A stretch of DNA of 64,000 bases from Dipteris shenzhenensis (Eukaryota), in assembly GCA_047967505.1 (NCBI GenBank), contig CM106538.1; one strand, 5' to 3'. The position numbers were made by a program, and so were the translations under genes. Positions 36,285-50,550 of the stretch are shown piece by piece. Under the pieces are notes generated by a model. The model saw only the letters and a program-made list of their open reading frames with translations, was not told the DNA's origin and ran no database searches. How positions within the stretch are numbered: the stretch's first letter is position 1; each line of letters starts with the position of its first letter.

Positions 36285-36820
36285 GCTCCCTGAGCCTCCC
36301 TGCCTCTCCCTCAGCTCGAATTCTGTCCCTCAGCTCAACCTCCTTCCTGACCTCTCCATTTTCTTGGCCCCTTAGCCTGCCTGTTTCTGTCCCACCTTTT
36401 CTTCGCCCAAACTTGTCTGTACATCAGTAAAGCCACCATTCTATTGTCTGTCAGCACACATTCGAGCTATTGTACACCCTTTCGCCCTGCTTCCCTGCCC
36501 TACTTTTGACCTGCTGCCCTGTTGGTATGCCCTGCTGCCTTGCCACCTTTCCTTCTCTCACTCACACACCCTCCCCTTCACGTACTTTTACTTGCACAGA
36601 TTTTCTACAGAAGCAGTAATCACTTGCAAACACCTGATGGACCTTATAGGTGGCGGAGGGAGATCAATGGTTATCAAAATCAATGCCATATTTGCAAGCA
36701 GTTCTAGCGCCTTGCATGTGACTGTCCCAAGAGAACCAGACACACCCTTGAACAGCCCCTCCTATATGCCCTCCTCCACCCCTAGCCCCTCAGCCTCCTT
36801 GTTATTACACCAGGTCTGAA
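36285..36820 (+). mobile_element. Old LINE-A-like relic: C-rich leader plus ORF1 Zn-knuckle fragment
   Basis: LQTPDG..NQCHICKQF*RLACDCPK aligns with LINE-A LQRPDG..DQCRICRSSGHFAKDCPK. Confidence 0.55.
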
Positions 36821-37446
36821 GAGTAGTGTGTGATAGTAGACACCCTTGCTTCCATCTTGCACTCCACAACTCCCCTTCACAGCTCTTTGAGCTGATATGC
36901 AGCCCTTGCAGAGGGTGAGGAGCCTCTGTGGGAGGACAGTGGAGCTAATGATGTTAGTTTAGGTACCAAGTCGAGGACCTTTATGATGATGACATATTGG
37001 AAACGTTTACATCGCATATTCTAGAGGTGATTCTTCATAACTTTCATTTTTGGAATTCTATAGGCATTACTAAATCTTATTTCTGTCTTTCTCTTTCACT
37101 TCAAAAGAGGGTGCCTAGGGAGGTGGGATCTGAGACCCCGACTTGCACCATTTGGAATTGTAGTGGCTGCTTCAGACTTTGGCAGACTTAGGGGCTGTTT
37201 TGGGCTGCCAGGAGCAGTCCCGATGTGGGTGACAAAGGCCTAGTAATGAAACTTGTATAGGCCAGCTTCCAGGTCACACAGACCTGATCCGTTCCAGTGG
37301 ACCAGCCAACCAAGCTGTTTGGCTAGTGAGTTTGATGTCTAAAATTATGTGCAAACCAAAACTATGTCTCACTCATGAGTTTTGGATTTATTCTGTCTCT
37401 CTGTCAACATTACACGATTAATATATATATGTGTGTGTGTGTGTAT

Positions 37447-40400
37447 CCCGGAAGCTGCTAATGATGTGGGTCAATGGGTGAATTCTCTCCTAGGTGGATG
37501 CTATGTAGAAGGAGTCTATTTTGCCTCCCGAGGATTTTATGAAGTTCATCTTTTGGATGCCCTGACAAAACAAAAGATGCTGGAAATGTCCCCTTTATTT
37601 TTTGGTCGACAAATGGTGCATATCATGCCTTGGTCCCCTAATAAGGACTACCATAACCTTATCAAGCATCATTGCCCTGTATGGGTTGAAGTGGTTGATT
37701 TTCCAGATTACATGAGAACAGAGCTTCCAGGTTTAGCCATGACATTGGGACAAGTCATCTGTCCCCCTCGTCCCACAGGTAATAAAAATCATTTTTGCAT
37801 CCTATGGGATACTGATAGACCAAGCCCCTCCTCTATTGCAGTTGAGATTGAGGGTGTTAATTTGGGAAGGAAATATTTCACTCTAAAATGGGGCATTTTT
37901 GCTGGAGCTTGTTTTTCTTGTCACAAGTTTGGGCATCTTGCTTCAGAGTGTCCCTCTATCCTTCATCCACCTCTTCCAGCAGCTATCCCTCTGCCTTCTA
38001 ATAAAGGAGCTCAGAATACATATGTGGAAAAACTTGAGGCTAAAGGAGCAAAGCCTTCACTGCATACAGGGAGCCAGGCCAATTCAGCTCAAAATAAGAA
38101 AAAAGGAAAAAGCAAGTTAGGGGAAAATAACACATCTTCTCACGAGGGATGGCAGACTGCAAAGAAGACGGTGCCTCTCAAACAAAGACCACTCCAATCT
38201 CGTAATTGGGATGCCTCTGCTCCTTCTCCAGGACAATCTTCTACCTCTCCAAGCAACCCCATCTCGAAGGCATGGGTTAATGCAGTTAAGAAAGGTCTTC
38301 CCCTTTGTGAAGAAGATGATATTATCAGAGAATTGGATGCTGAGGGTCAACAAGACCCTGTGGCAATGGCAGAGGCTTGAGGCCTCCCGTTCTTTTGGAG
38401 GAATGATCATCTCTTGTATATATCTTCATGCGTGCTTCTCTTAAATGTTTTTCCTATAATATACAGGGCCTTTGTAACCAGAATAAATGGAGGCTTCTAT
38501 GGCATTATATAAATATAACTCACCCAGATGCTGTGTGTTTACAAGAGCATAATCAGCATTTTTTTGCTGGCCAGCATGGGTTTTTTTCTGGATATGATAT
38601 ATTTTATTTAGGATCTGAACAATTTTACGGGCTGTGCATTCTAGCCAGACATGAACTGCAACCTTGGATAGCATATAATGATCTTAGTGGACGATGGATG
38701 ATCATCCAATGTATGGTTAATGGAGAGATTTTTGAAATAGGATCTTTGTATGCCTCTCAGAATTCAGCTTCCAGAGCTCAAATGTGGAACTCCATCAAGC
38801 AATATCCTTGGTCTTCAAATGCTTTACTTTGTGGTGATTTCAACAACTCTCCTCATTGGACGGACAATACCACACATAAATCTCATATGCTGCCCTCTGA
38901 AATTCAGCAATGGGAACATATGACATCATCTCTTCAATTTGCAGATTTATGGACAGCAACTCACTCATCAGTTATGGGATTCACATATCATCATAATGCT
39001 TTTACAGAATATTGGGCCAGGCTTGATAGATATTATCTCATTCATGCTCAGTAATATGATGGATATACATGTCAAATGTGGACTGATTATTCACAACAAT
39101 TATCTGATCATACTCCGCTTTGGCTAGCCCTTTCTTTTGGTATGCCTCTGGATGATTTGCAGCTCTCCTCAGTCAGGTATTTACAGGTCAATCAAATATA
39201 TCTCACACATGAAAAATTCCAGCAAATGATCAGATTGGCTTGCAGGCCATTGTTATCTCATGCTCAGGAGGATCTGGAATTTGCTTAGACCTCTTTCACA
39301 CATCGTATTCAAAATGTCATAAAGGAATATGGAAATGGTACATGGCAGAAACTAGACAGCATATCCATTGGGCAAAATCAAACAAGCAGTATTTGGTTCA
39401 GCTTGGTCATCAAAGGTCTCTATTTGCTTCTGAGCAGCATTTATTGTCCTGTGCTTCCTCTATAATAGATGCCAATGATAAATGCAAGCTGTCCAAATGG
39501 CAGATCAGGGCTAGAGCTAAACCTATGCTAGATAAGGGCTGTTCCTCAAAATCTTTTTTTCGGAACTTACATGCAAATAGACAAAGCCAATCTATCATGA
39601 GGATCAGGAAATCAGATGGCCTTTGGACTCAGACTCTATCTCAGCTGGAGAAACAATGTTTGGATCATTTTCAGCTTCTCTTTTCTCAGCCTTCTTTTCC
39701 TACGCCTCGGGCTGTTGCAGCTCGAAACAGATTTACTGCACTTGTTTCTCCTATTGTCTCTCTGCAAAAAGCCTCAATGCTGGAAATGTCTTTTACAGAT
39801 GTGGAATTGGATGAAGCTCTTTGGCATTTGGGTAAACATAAATCCCCTGGCTGGGATGGTTTGACGGTTGAATTCTTTGACACCTTTTGGCCTGAATTGA
39901 AAGGTCCAATTCCGCAGTTTATAAATGTAGCCTGGCAACAGCAACATCTTCCCTCAGCTTGGAAGCATGGTTTGGTTAAGCTGGTTCCCAAAAAACCTCT
40001 ATGTGAGACTATGGATGACTGGAGGCCCATCACTTTGATGCCGGTCATATACAAACTGATTGCCAAAATGTTGGTACATCGGATAAAGGATATCCTTCAT
40101 GATGGACTTCATCCCCGGCAATATGGTTTTGTTCCAAGACGGCACATACATGACAATATCTCTAACACTCTCATTGCAATGGAATATGCAAAATATACAA
40201 ATTAAGATGTGTTGGTTATGCAGGTGGATGTGGTGAAGGCTTTTGATACAGTACAGTGGGATTATGTCTCTCAAATCATGTCAAAACTTGGTTTTGGGCC
40301 AAAGTTAGTTAATGTCGTATATTGGCTCTACTCAGATTCCACTACACAATGCTTTATAGGGAATCATTTGTCTAAGTCTTGGACTCTTGAACGTTCAGTT

Positions 40401-41705
40401 CGACAGGGATGCCCTCTCAGTGCTTTGCTATATGCCATCGCTTCACATCCTTTGCTTCTTTATATGGATCACATGGTTGATACTGGACAGCTAGAGGGGC
40501 TTCAGATTTCTGGTTCACGACCCTTCATTGCTCAGGCCTATGCAGATGATTCATTCTTCATGCCAAAGAATAACCCTTTGGAGATTCGCCTTTTGATGGA
40601 TACCCTATCAGATTTTGGGTTGGCGGCTGGTCTTAAAATCAACTTTCAGAAATCAAAACTCTTGCCTCTCAAGCATTGTGATTGGCATGCTACCCTGTGG
40701 CCAGGCCAGATTATTTATCCGGAAAACATAGTAAGACATTTGGGCTATCCCATTGGCTGGAAAATCAGCAATGAGCAACAAATGTCATGGGTGTCAAACA
40801 AAATTTAGGACAAATTAGAATATTGGAAGATCTCCACTTGGCCTCTGCATGTACGGCTTCGAATTGTCCAGTCTATTGTTCTAGCTTATGTCCAGTTCTA
40901 CCTTCCTCTATTACATTGGTCATCCCGAGATCTCACCTCCTTTATGTCTCAAGCCATGGAGATTTTTTGGAAAACAAAGCTTCATAAAAAAGCTTTACGG
41001 CTGCTCAAAATGGATATGCTTTGTTCACCAAGAATGCATGGTGGTTTGAATATAATCAACATCCAATTTCATGTGTTGGCAAGAAAGATCACTATGCTCA
41101 AGACATTTTTTCAACAAGAGCAGCCTTGGTCCATTATGTTGGCTTTTTTGTGTGGACAGATGACCACAAATGCTTATGGACATTGGCTAGTTGATCCATC
41201 GGAAGTAGTACTGGGCAAATTTCAAGGTAAAATACCTCGCTGTCCATTTTCTAATTCCTTGATACAGGACTGGAAGCAAGTACTCTCGCACATCAAATGG
41301 TCTCCCCTTCCTACTTCTACAGATTCCTCACTCAGAATGGAAAGTATTCATTGGAGTGCTGTGTTCTCCTCTCCCCTTGCAGCTCAACAACCCATCAGAG
41401 CTTATAATCTTATGAAAATGGGTATCCGTTTCATTGATGATGTAGTAGATATGCAAGGAAATATCTCACTTTTCCAGTAGCATGTCGACAATACAATCTG
41501 GGGATGCATCATAGACCTATATGGAAAGCTATTGCTGATCTCTTACTCCCTCTGGTTCCGATACCGACATTGAATGTCAGAGAAAGGCTTCAAGATTGGC
41601 ACCTCCAGTCTTCAAATACAAGCATCTCCTCTAAGCCTTTGCATTTATTGACTTCTATACAGGCTTATCGATTGATATTACCTCCTCCTTGGATTGCTCA
41701 TCATA
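37447..41705 (+). mobile_element. LINE-B (L1 clade): 5'-truncated ORF1 (to 38380) and ORF2 from 38428 (APE+RT, several stops); 3' end missing
   Basis: CFSCHKFGHLASEC; SYNIQGL, LQEH, GDFN, ARLDRYY, SDH; KSPGWDG, WRPITL, RQGCPLS, YADD; starts right after (AT)5(GT)7AT. Confidence 0.95.
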
Positions 41706-41726
41706 GAGGCTAGCCCAAGAGGGGAT

Positions 41727-43575
41727 TGTTGGAATATGAAGTCAAAGTGAGTGTATTTGTGTGTCCTAGGTCCCTAGGACTTATTTTATAGTCTAGTGAG
41801 TCCTAGACAGGTGCCACGTGTCATATGGGAGATTATCCCATATGCATTGTGACTTTCTAGAGTCTAGAGGCTCACACTATATAGTCTTGTACTAGTCTTG
41901 AATCTTTTCATATCAATCAACATCAAGCTATCTACATGTGAGTATTTCGGTACATTGCTATTGCCTACCTCCATTTGAGTTCATTTCCATTATACTTGCA
42001 ATTTTAACTTTCCTTTCCTAGAAATAGCTTGTCACATGTTCCTTCATGTGGTATCAGAGCCATGTTCCTAGCCTTGCTCTCTCTTTCCCTTTCCCTTCCA
42101 AGAGGATGAGGTGAGGGAGGCCAATGATGCTACTCTCTCTTCTCCTCCTTGGAAGGCACTCATTTCTCCTCCTTCCTTTCCACTTTTCCTTCCCTTAGCC
42201 TCACCATTGTTTGTAGCTTTTGGAGGAGGTGATCTACATGGACCACCACCTCTCTTCACCACGCCATGATCTGCCACCTCTCTTCTCCTTCCTTCAGCTA
42301 CAAAGACATCCTGGAGTGGTGCTGTTTCTGTTGCTCTTTCCTGGAGCGGATGATGTGATGCTTCTATCCGAGTTTGGAAGCAGAATCACGGCTTTGTGTC
42401 TTCAGCAAAGTTATAGAGGACCTTGAGTACTACAAATTTAGTTTTTACATCATTGCAATCCGAGTTTTCTGTGAAAAGTTATAGCTCCTGCAAGAAGTGA
42501 CAAAATTTATTTCTATGCGCAGATTTTGTTCTTGAGCTCATTGATTTGACAACCCAAGCATGATGCAGCCAGCTTAACGTGGAGCTGTCCATCCTCTTCA
42601 TCATTGACCTCTGCTCCAGTCCGCCATTTGCTTCTTCTGCCCGCAAGATGATGCCTGTATGCTGCTGCCGGTCATTCTCTTGGAGTTGCTGTTGATTTTA
42701 TTGTTTTTGCCCGCTATGTCCTTCTAATTCTGCCTGCAAATTTTTGCTCCACTTTTGCATCTGTTTGCCATGAAGAAGCTCCAGACCTGCTCCAGCTCAT
42801 GAAAAACTTACCAAGGTGATCTTTTCATAGTTACACTTGCATTTCTACTCTTTTCTAGCCATGGAGTCTTTCAAATCAACTATCATTTCGTTCAAGAAGT
42901 TTTTAGTAAAAACTTCTCTACATGGCAAGCAAAGATGTGTCTTGTACTTATGAAAGATAAAGTGTGGCATATTGTTAGTGGCAAGGAGAAAAAGCCACAA
43001 TCAGATGAAAAGAAAATTGCACACTAGGAGAATCTGAATGACAAAGCTCTTTCTCTCATTGGTTTGGGGCTGGGTGATGAAGTTATTCATCATTTTGATT
43101 TTGATTCCACTGCTCACGAATTATGGGCTAAGTTTGAAGGATTGTTCGGCAACAAAGTCATCAATTCAAAGGTATTCCTAAGACATGAATTCTTCAAGCT
43201 GCAAATGAAGCATGAAGACTCTCTTCTTGCTCACTTGAATCATATGAAATCCCTTGTCACTCGGGTTGCTAGTCTGAAGGCCCCTGTAGGGGAAGATGAT
43301 TAAGTTACTGTGCTCCTCTCAAGCATTGAGGAAATTTCTTAGTACCGGGAGATCATACTAGCATTGCATGTGACACAAATGGGTTATGAGCCTATGGTTG
43401 CTATGCTCATTGATCATGAAAGATGATATGTAGACACTCCAGACTCTAGTGCACTGTACTCCAAGGGTAAAGGCAAATTCAAGCCTTTCAAATGCAGTCA
43501 CTGTGGGAAGCTTGGTCACACCGAGGATCACTGCTTCAAGAAGCTTGCCAAGCAACAAAACAAAGATCATGCATT
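41727..43575 (+). mobile_element. Truncated Copia: LTR 41727-42046, PBS 42049-42061, degenerate gag with Zn knuckle
   Basis: TGTTGG..TTCA; TGGTATCAGAGCC; TAHELWAKFEGLF; CSHCGKLGHTEDHC; LTR resembles 31746-32057. Confidence 0.88.
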
Positions 43576-43579
43576 ACTA

Positions 43580-45474
43580 GACAGTCCTTGAGGTTATCAA
43601 ACGCTAGTTTTTGAGGTGCGGACTAGTTGAAGGACTGCTCTTGGCGAAGGAGTTCCATCAACGCCACCTTTATGTCAGCATAGAACCTGATGAATATTCT
43701 ATAATAATCCACATGTCCCAAAAAGGATTTGACTTCTCTGGGTGTGCAAGGAATAGGCAAGGTCAATATCACTTCCACCTTCGCTGGGTCCGTGGTCATT
43801 CATACATTAGGTTAGCCAAACCAGGTGCAGATGCTTCTTGGCTCATCTCTTGTGCTCTCCATGAAGTACCAAGATGGGCTTCAGGATCCTCTTCTGGGCA
43901 TAACTCCACCATGTTGATGGCTAAGGATCCCAAGGACCCCATCCAATCCAAGATGACAACTTCTTCCTCGTTTGGTCCAGCATGTTCCAACAAGTATGTC
44001 AAGCTCTGACCATCATCTCGGTGCTGCTATCGCATAGGTTTCATCTTGGAAGGGTGAGTCCTCCACATAGGCCAGCTCTTCTTTCCGTATGGGCTAATCC
44101 CCAAGTGCCCATCGCTTCTCCTCCACCCCTTCTTCTTCTTCAAAATCCTCTTCCCCAAGTTCCACAGGTCGGCGGTGATAAGCCCTTCTAGTAACCATGT
44201 CTATTTCTAGGGATGTGGATCCCAAAGGCAACCGAACTTCATCACTTGACCAATCTTGAATGGCCCTTGCTGACCGTAACCATGGTGTACCAAGAAGTAG
44301 AGGATAAGTCTGATCACCCTCCATTATATCAAGTATGATAAAATTGGACTGGGATGTAACTCCTCCAATCTTCATGTAAACACCTTTGACAGCATACCTC
44401 TCGGCATGATCTTCATTGCTGCCCCACCATCCAAAAAAACATCTTTCATCTCCACCTCGTTGATTTCCACAGTGAGCTTGGGACTTTGTTCACACATAAG
44501 GGTAACATAGGCTGAGTAGTGGTCTGGCATCAACCCATCTTGAACCGGTATTGTCTCTGGTGTGGGCCTTCCCTGAACAGATCCCCTTTGTTGACCTTCT
44601 GGCATACGATTCAAGAAGGCAATAGTCTGATTGCTTGATCTGTGGGGACAATAGACAGAGTTGTCGCAGGGTGATGTTAGACTTGAATTCCATCAAATCT
44701 TCAATCAAAGACTAGGGCTATCCAGTAGTAGGAGCCTTTTGTGCCCTCATCCGCCGAGCTTCTGGCCGGGGGTCGAAGCTCACGTGAGGGAGAGGAGATA
44801 CCTCTGAATTCTCAATCAATGTCTCCTATGGTGACTTTTTCATCACTCGTTTTTCCTTTTCTTGGGCACCACTTGGCTTCACTCCCATCTCCTTCTCTTT
44901 GTTGAATGGGCTTCCTGGGGGGAAAGTAGATGGGCCTGCTTGTGACTCCTTCTCACGCTTTTGTCCTAAAGTCGTTACCTCCATCGCAAACCTCACTGTT
45001 CTAGACTTATGGGAGAGAAACTGAGGTGTGCTGCCTTCATCTTCAGAATTGGATTGAAGATCTTTGGTGACACTCCTAACCACCTCTTGGCACCTTGAAG
45101 GCATAGATTGCTCACTTGGAAATGAGGTACTTTTAGAGCTAGTGACAGGTCTTGATGGCTGTGAAGCCCTTCCGGTTCTTTCTGATCCACTAGCAGGAGA
45201 AGACAAGGGTGATGCACTCCTGTGCCCACTATCCACCTTGGAGGAAGGAGGTGGGGATGCTCCTCTAGTGACTGAGTTGGTACTAGTCGGTGATGAGGCC
45301 TCTAATATTGATGTTGAGTCATCCTTACTACTGTCACCTGTCGTTTGTGACCTTGTCACAGCTCTCAACACTGCACCAATCAAATGGGGTTTGTCACCCT
45401 CCCCCACCACTACTACGTCAACCATGTTGACTTGGGATGCTGATTCCCCTCTGCCATTGGGACAATCTCTGGTG
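43580..45474 (-). mobile_element. Degenerate Gypsy gag C-terminus and aspartic protease fragment
   Basis: HTRDCP knuckle end, AVTRSQ, VFLDGGAAMKIM, YPLLLGTPWL. Confidence 0.75.
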
Positions 45475-48400
45475 TGATAGAACAAAGAATGGTATGGTAT
45501 TGTAGGCTAGACTTGGTCTAAGTTATTCTAGTCTAGGGTTTTCACTTTATAGTTGGGTTTCATATATATCCCAAGTCTTGTACTTCTATTGGTGAACTAT
45601 TTAGTGGAGCTTTGTGTGTGGACTACACTCTCGTGTTCTTTATCCACTTTGTGTCTCCCCACAGTTCCAACAATTGGTATCAGAGCTTGGCTCCCGCATT
45701 GCTTCCCGTGCTTCTACCACTCCCGGGTTTCAGTTCTCTCACGAAGAGTCACTTCTGTTGTGAAGAAATCAGTCCAGCCAGCTCGTTTTTGCCTGTAGCA
45801 GCTTTCTGGAGTCTCCTGTAGCTAGGCGCCTTCACCAGGGTCACTATTGGACCTAGGCGACTACAGACTTGCTGTTTTTGGGATCTTTCGCAGCTAGACA
45901 TCCTTAAAATCAGCTCCATTTGCTGATTTACAGCACTTTTTTCCAGTCGCCTATCTTCAGAAGCTCCATCTGGGCTGGGCGACCTCATTCTGGGCACTTT
46001 TGCTGCTGATTTTGTCAGTTTCCAGCCCCTACATCAGCTCGAACTGCTTCTTGGAGCATCTTGTGCCTAGACAACTTCAGATCTGGCATTTCGTTGCTGT
46101 TTTTCATCAGTTTCCAGCCTATTTTCAGTTCGCATTTCTACAGGAGGACCATCTGGGCTGGGCGACCTCATTCGTGGTAGTTTTGTTGCTGATTTTGGAC
46201 TGTTTCAGCTCCCAAAATCTGGTCTACTTCTTTCTGGACTGGGAGATCACTTTTCTTGTGATATTTTACACGCAGCATACAAAAATCAGAATTGGGAGCA
46301 AGTTATTGGATGCATATTGAACCAAAGGTTGGCTAATAGTGAATGCTATCATTGGATGCCTTTTAAGCAAACATTTGCTTCAGATTTTATACCTTTGGTT
46401 GATGCTTATCGAGCCTTTGTTGGGCTGAAAGTTGAGAATACTTACAAAGCAAATACTATTGCCCATTTTGCCTTGTGATTCCAGAAGGGAATTGTGCTTT
46501 GTGACAACACCTTTGGGGCAGATTTGCTATCTATATTTGCATTTTATTTTCAGGTTACTTGTGAAGTGCAATCATGTCTCTTTCTGAGAATTTTGGCACC
46601 CTGACTGAAGCGGATAAGTTGGATGGATCAAACTATGCCTTGTGGTCTTTTATGCTGAGGAATATTTTTGTTGGAAAAGGCTTTTGGGATATTGTTAGTG
46701 GAGATGAAATTATGCTTGTGACTGCTGCTCCTGGTACTCCTAGTAGTCAAGGTTCTATTGCTAGCTCATCTCATCCTCTTTCTGAGGAGCAAAAGAAGTT
46801 TGACCGTCGCGATGCTCAAGCACTTTCTTTGATTTCCTTGTCAGTGAAGAGGCACATCATGAAGACTATTAAGTCTTGTACTTCTTCTAAGGATGCTTGG
46901 GACAAGTTGTCCCGTATGCATAATGTTAAGAATATGGCCAGGGTGATTGCACTCAACAATCAGCTTAAGGATCTGAAAATGACTGATGGTCAAACCATCA
47001 CAGAGCATGTAGCAAAAATTACAGATTTGCGAGATCAGCTTGCAAATGTTGATGAGGAGATTGAAGAGAAGAGATTGGTCTCTATCACTCTTAATAGTCT
47101 TGCTCCTTCATATAGTACATTTGCTACATCATTGAGCATCACTCTCAGGGTTGCATCTATTTCTTTTGAAGAATTGGTTGGTTTGTTATTGCAGGAAGAA
47201 GAAAGAGCTCATAATTTTTCTCGTGGCTCTCATGGCAGTAAGCAAGCTCTAGCCACTGGGGAGAGGGGAAAATTTCAGAAATATAAACCTAAAAACAACC
47301 AGCCACAAGGGGCAAATAATAGTACCAATAATGCCGGATCAAGCAAAGATGCTAAGGTGAAAAAGGGCAGATGCAATTACTGCAAGAAGCCAGGCCATTG
47401 CATTGTAGAATGTCAGAAACACATTGCAAATGAGAAGGAGAGGCAAGGCAACTCAAACAGTAATTTTGTGGCTCATACTGAGAACAATGCATTTGGCTCA
47501 CATGCACACTTTGCTCAGGATGATCAGGATTTTGTATTTGCAGCCACACTCTCTGAGATATCTTCCGAGGGGGATTGTGATTGTGATCATGCTATTGCTC
47601 ATAGCAATAATGATGATGCCTATTCACTTAATGTGAATGAGAATTGGTATTTGGATAGCGGGACTCCTCATAAGGAGTGGTTTGAGAGCATCAAACCTGT
47701 GTATGGGCGGCGGGTTACTTGTGCCAATGATGCTTCTCAAGACATCGCAGGAGTGGGACATATTCCCATTAAGCTTGATAATGGCAAAGTCAAGTATATT
47801 TGTGATGTTTGGTATGTTCCAGAGTTGCGCAAGAATCTTATTTCAGTTCCATAAATAGCTCATGATCAGCACATGCTTGTGGAGTTTCAGGATGATCAAT
47901 GCCGAATTAAAGATCCTAGAAAGGGATATGCAGGGGTTGCCATTGGCACTTATGATAAGGGTCTTTATAAGTTGGATGCTAAGCCCCATGTGCAGTATGC
48001 CTTGGCTACGTCTAATGCATCTTCATGTGATTTATGGCATGCTAGATTTGGTCATGCACATCATAGAGCATTGGCATACTTACAGAATAATCAAATGGTT
48101 GAAGGGATGCCAAAATTGCAGCAACCATCTAGTTCTTTTTGTGAAGGGTGTATTATGGGAAAGTTGCACCATTTGCCTTTCAAAAAGGATGGATCAATCA
48201 GAGCCACACATATACTGCAGCTTGTGCATAGTGATGTATGTGAGGTGAATGTGCGGTCACATTGTGGTGCCAAGTATTATGTGTCTTTTATTGATGATTA
48301 CTCCAGATTTACATGGATCTTTCTCATGAAAGAGAAATATGAGGTGTTTCATTGGTTTCAGGAGTTCAAAGCACTTGTTGAGAACCAGACTAATGCCAAG

Positions 48401-50550
48401 ATCAAAACACTCAGGACAGATAGAGGAGGGGAGTACATGTCTCATGCCTATAAGAATTATTTGGCTCATCATGGGATTCATCATCAGAAGACATGCCCTT
48501 ACACACCAGCTCAAAATAATGTTGCTGAAAGAAAGAATAGGACTCTCATGGAGATGACCAGATGCATGCTCAGCTACAAAAAGATGCCTAGAGTATTTTG
48601 GGGTGAGGCTGTAGTTACAGCCACATACATCCAAAATAGATGTCCAACTAAAGCATTGGTGAATCGGACTCCGTTTGAGGCATTCTATGGATATAAGCCA
48701 AAGGTTAGCCACTTCAAAATTTTTGGATTAGTGGCATATGCATTAGTACTAGAAGAACACAGATTCAAGCTTGATGATAAGGGAATCAAATGCATATTTG
48801 TGGGTTATAGTGTTGAAAGCAAGGGCTATAGGCTTTACAATCCTGAAACACGGAAAATTATCATAAGCAAAGATGTTGCTTTCAATGAAAATGATTGCTT
48901 TATGCCTAATGATTTACATATGCCCATTGAGGACACTACACCTTTGGATATTGTTCATTTTGAGTCAGAAGATATGCCATCACGTGTCTAACACACCAAG
49001 TTCTTCCTCCACTACATTTGGAGAAATTCCCCATACTGATGAAGGTAGCACTTTGAAATTTCAGTTCAGAAATCAGTCAATGAAAATCAGCCTATTGTCT
49101 ATGAAAGGAGGAGGGTAAAATTTGCAGATCAGTCTCAGCCTGCTGCAGCTAGTCAGCCCCTTCCTAGATGGGCTCGGGCTACCATTCAGGATGCATAAAA
49201 TCAGCCTGTGTTAGGGAGAACAAGGTCTAGTACAAGGCAAGCACAAAATCAGGTCAATTATGCCTTGATGAACACAGTTATGGAAACTGAAATTGAACCT
49301 CAGTGTTTTGAGGATGCTCAGGGACACCCATTATGGGAAGATGCTATGAAACCTGAAATTCAGTCCATTGAAAAGAATGCCACTTGGGAACTGGTTGATC
49401 TCCTTGTTGGGAAGAATGTAGTTGGCACCAAGTGGATTTGTAAGTTGAAATATCATTCTGATGGCATAGTTAAGAAACATAAAGCCCGTTTAGTTGCCAA
49501 GGGGTATAGTTAGGAGGAAGGAATTGACTATGAGGAGACTTTTGCTCCTGTAGCCAAGATGACAACCATTCGGACTGTCATTTCTCTTGTTGCAAGTTAC
49601 GGTTGGCCTGTTTATCAAATAGATGTGAAGACGGCCTTCTTGAATGGAGACCTAAAGGAAGAGGTCTATGTGCAGCAGCCCCAAGGTTTTGTGGTTAAGG
49701 GACAGGAACAAAAGGTATGCAAGCTTCGCAAAGCTTTATATGGGCTAAAACAAGCACCTTGGGCTTGATACCAAAAAATCCATCAGTTATTGTTATCACA
49801 GGGCTTTGTTAGCACTCATACTGAGCCAAATCTCTATGTGCTTCAAGAAAAATCAGAAATCATCATTCTTATTCTTTATGTGGATGATATCATGCTTAGT
49901 GGCAGTGATGAGGGAAATATTGCATCAGTAAAATCAGCTTTGTCTCGGTCATTTAATATGACAGACTTGGGTTTACTGCACTATCGTTTGGGCATTGAGT
50001 TTTGGCAAACTCAAGATGGTATTTTCATGTCCCAAACTAAGTATGCCAGGAGTATATTGCAGATATTTCACATGGAGAATAGTAAGCCTGCAGCTACACT
50101 TCTTGAGAAGGGTCTCAAACTGTCTAAGTATGATAAGGCTAAAAAGTTTGATGGCACTTTGTACAGACAGTTGGTGGGGAGTCTTATCTATTTGTGTTCC
50201 ACAAGGCCTGATATTGCTTATGCTGCAGGAGTATTGAGTCAGTTTATGCATTGTCTTTCTATCACTCATTGGAATGCCGTCAAGCGTGTTCTCAGATATG
50301 TGCATGGCACTATTACTCTTGGGATGCATTATACCAATGCTTGTGATCTTGATCTATGTGGCTTCACAGATTCTGATTGGTCAGGGGACATTGATGATAG
50401 AAAATCCATTTTTGGCTATTGTTTCTCTTTGGTTCCGCATGCATATCTTGGTTAAGTAAGAGGCAGGCCAGGGTCTCTCTTTCTTCTAGTGAACCGGAGT
50501 ATAAGGCAGCAAATGCAGCTACTACAGAATGCATATGGCTTTGTTGACTA
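45475..50550 (+). mobile_element. Ty1/Copia related to the 23435-28294 family: 198-bp 5' LTR (45475-45672), PBS, gag-pol with stops, truncated in RNase H
   Basis: TGATAGAAC..GTTCCAACA; TGGTATCAGAGC at 45675-45686; CNYCKKPGHCIVEC, LRTDRGGEY, AERKNRTL, KARLVAKG, LYVDD, FTDSDWSGD. Confidence 0.96.
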
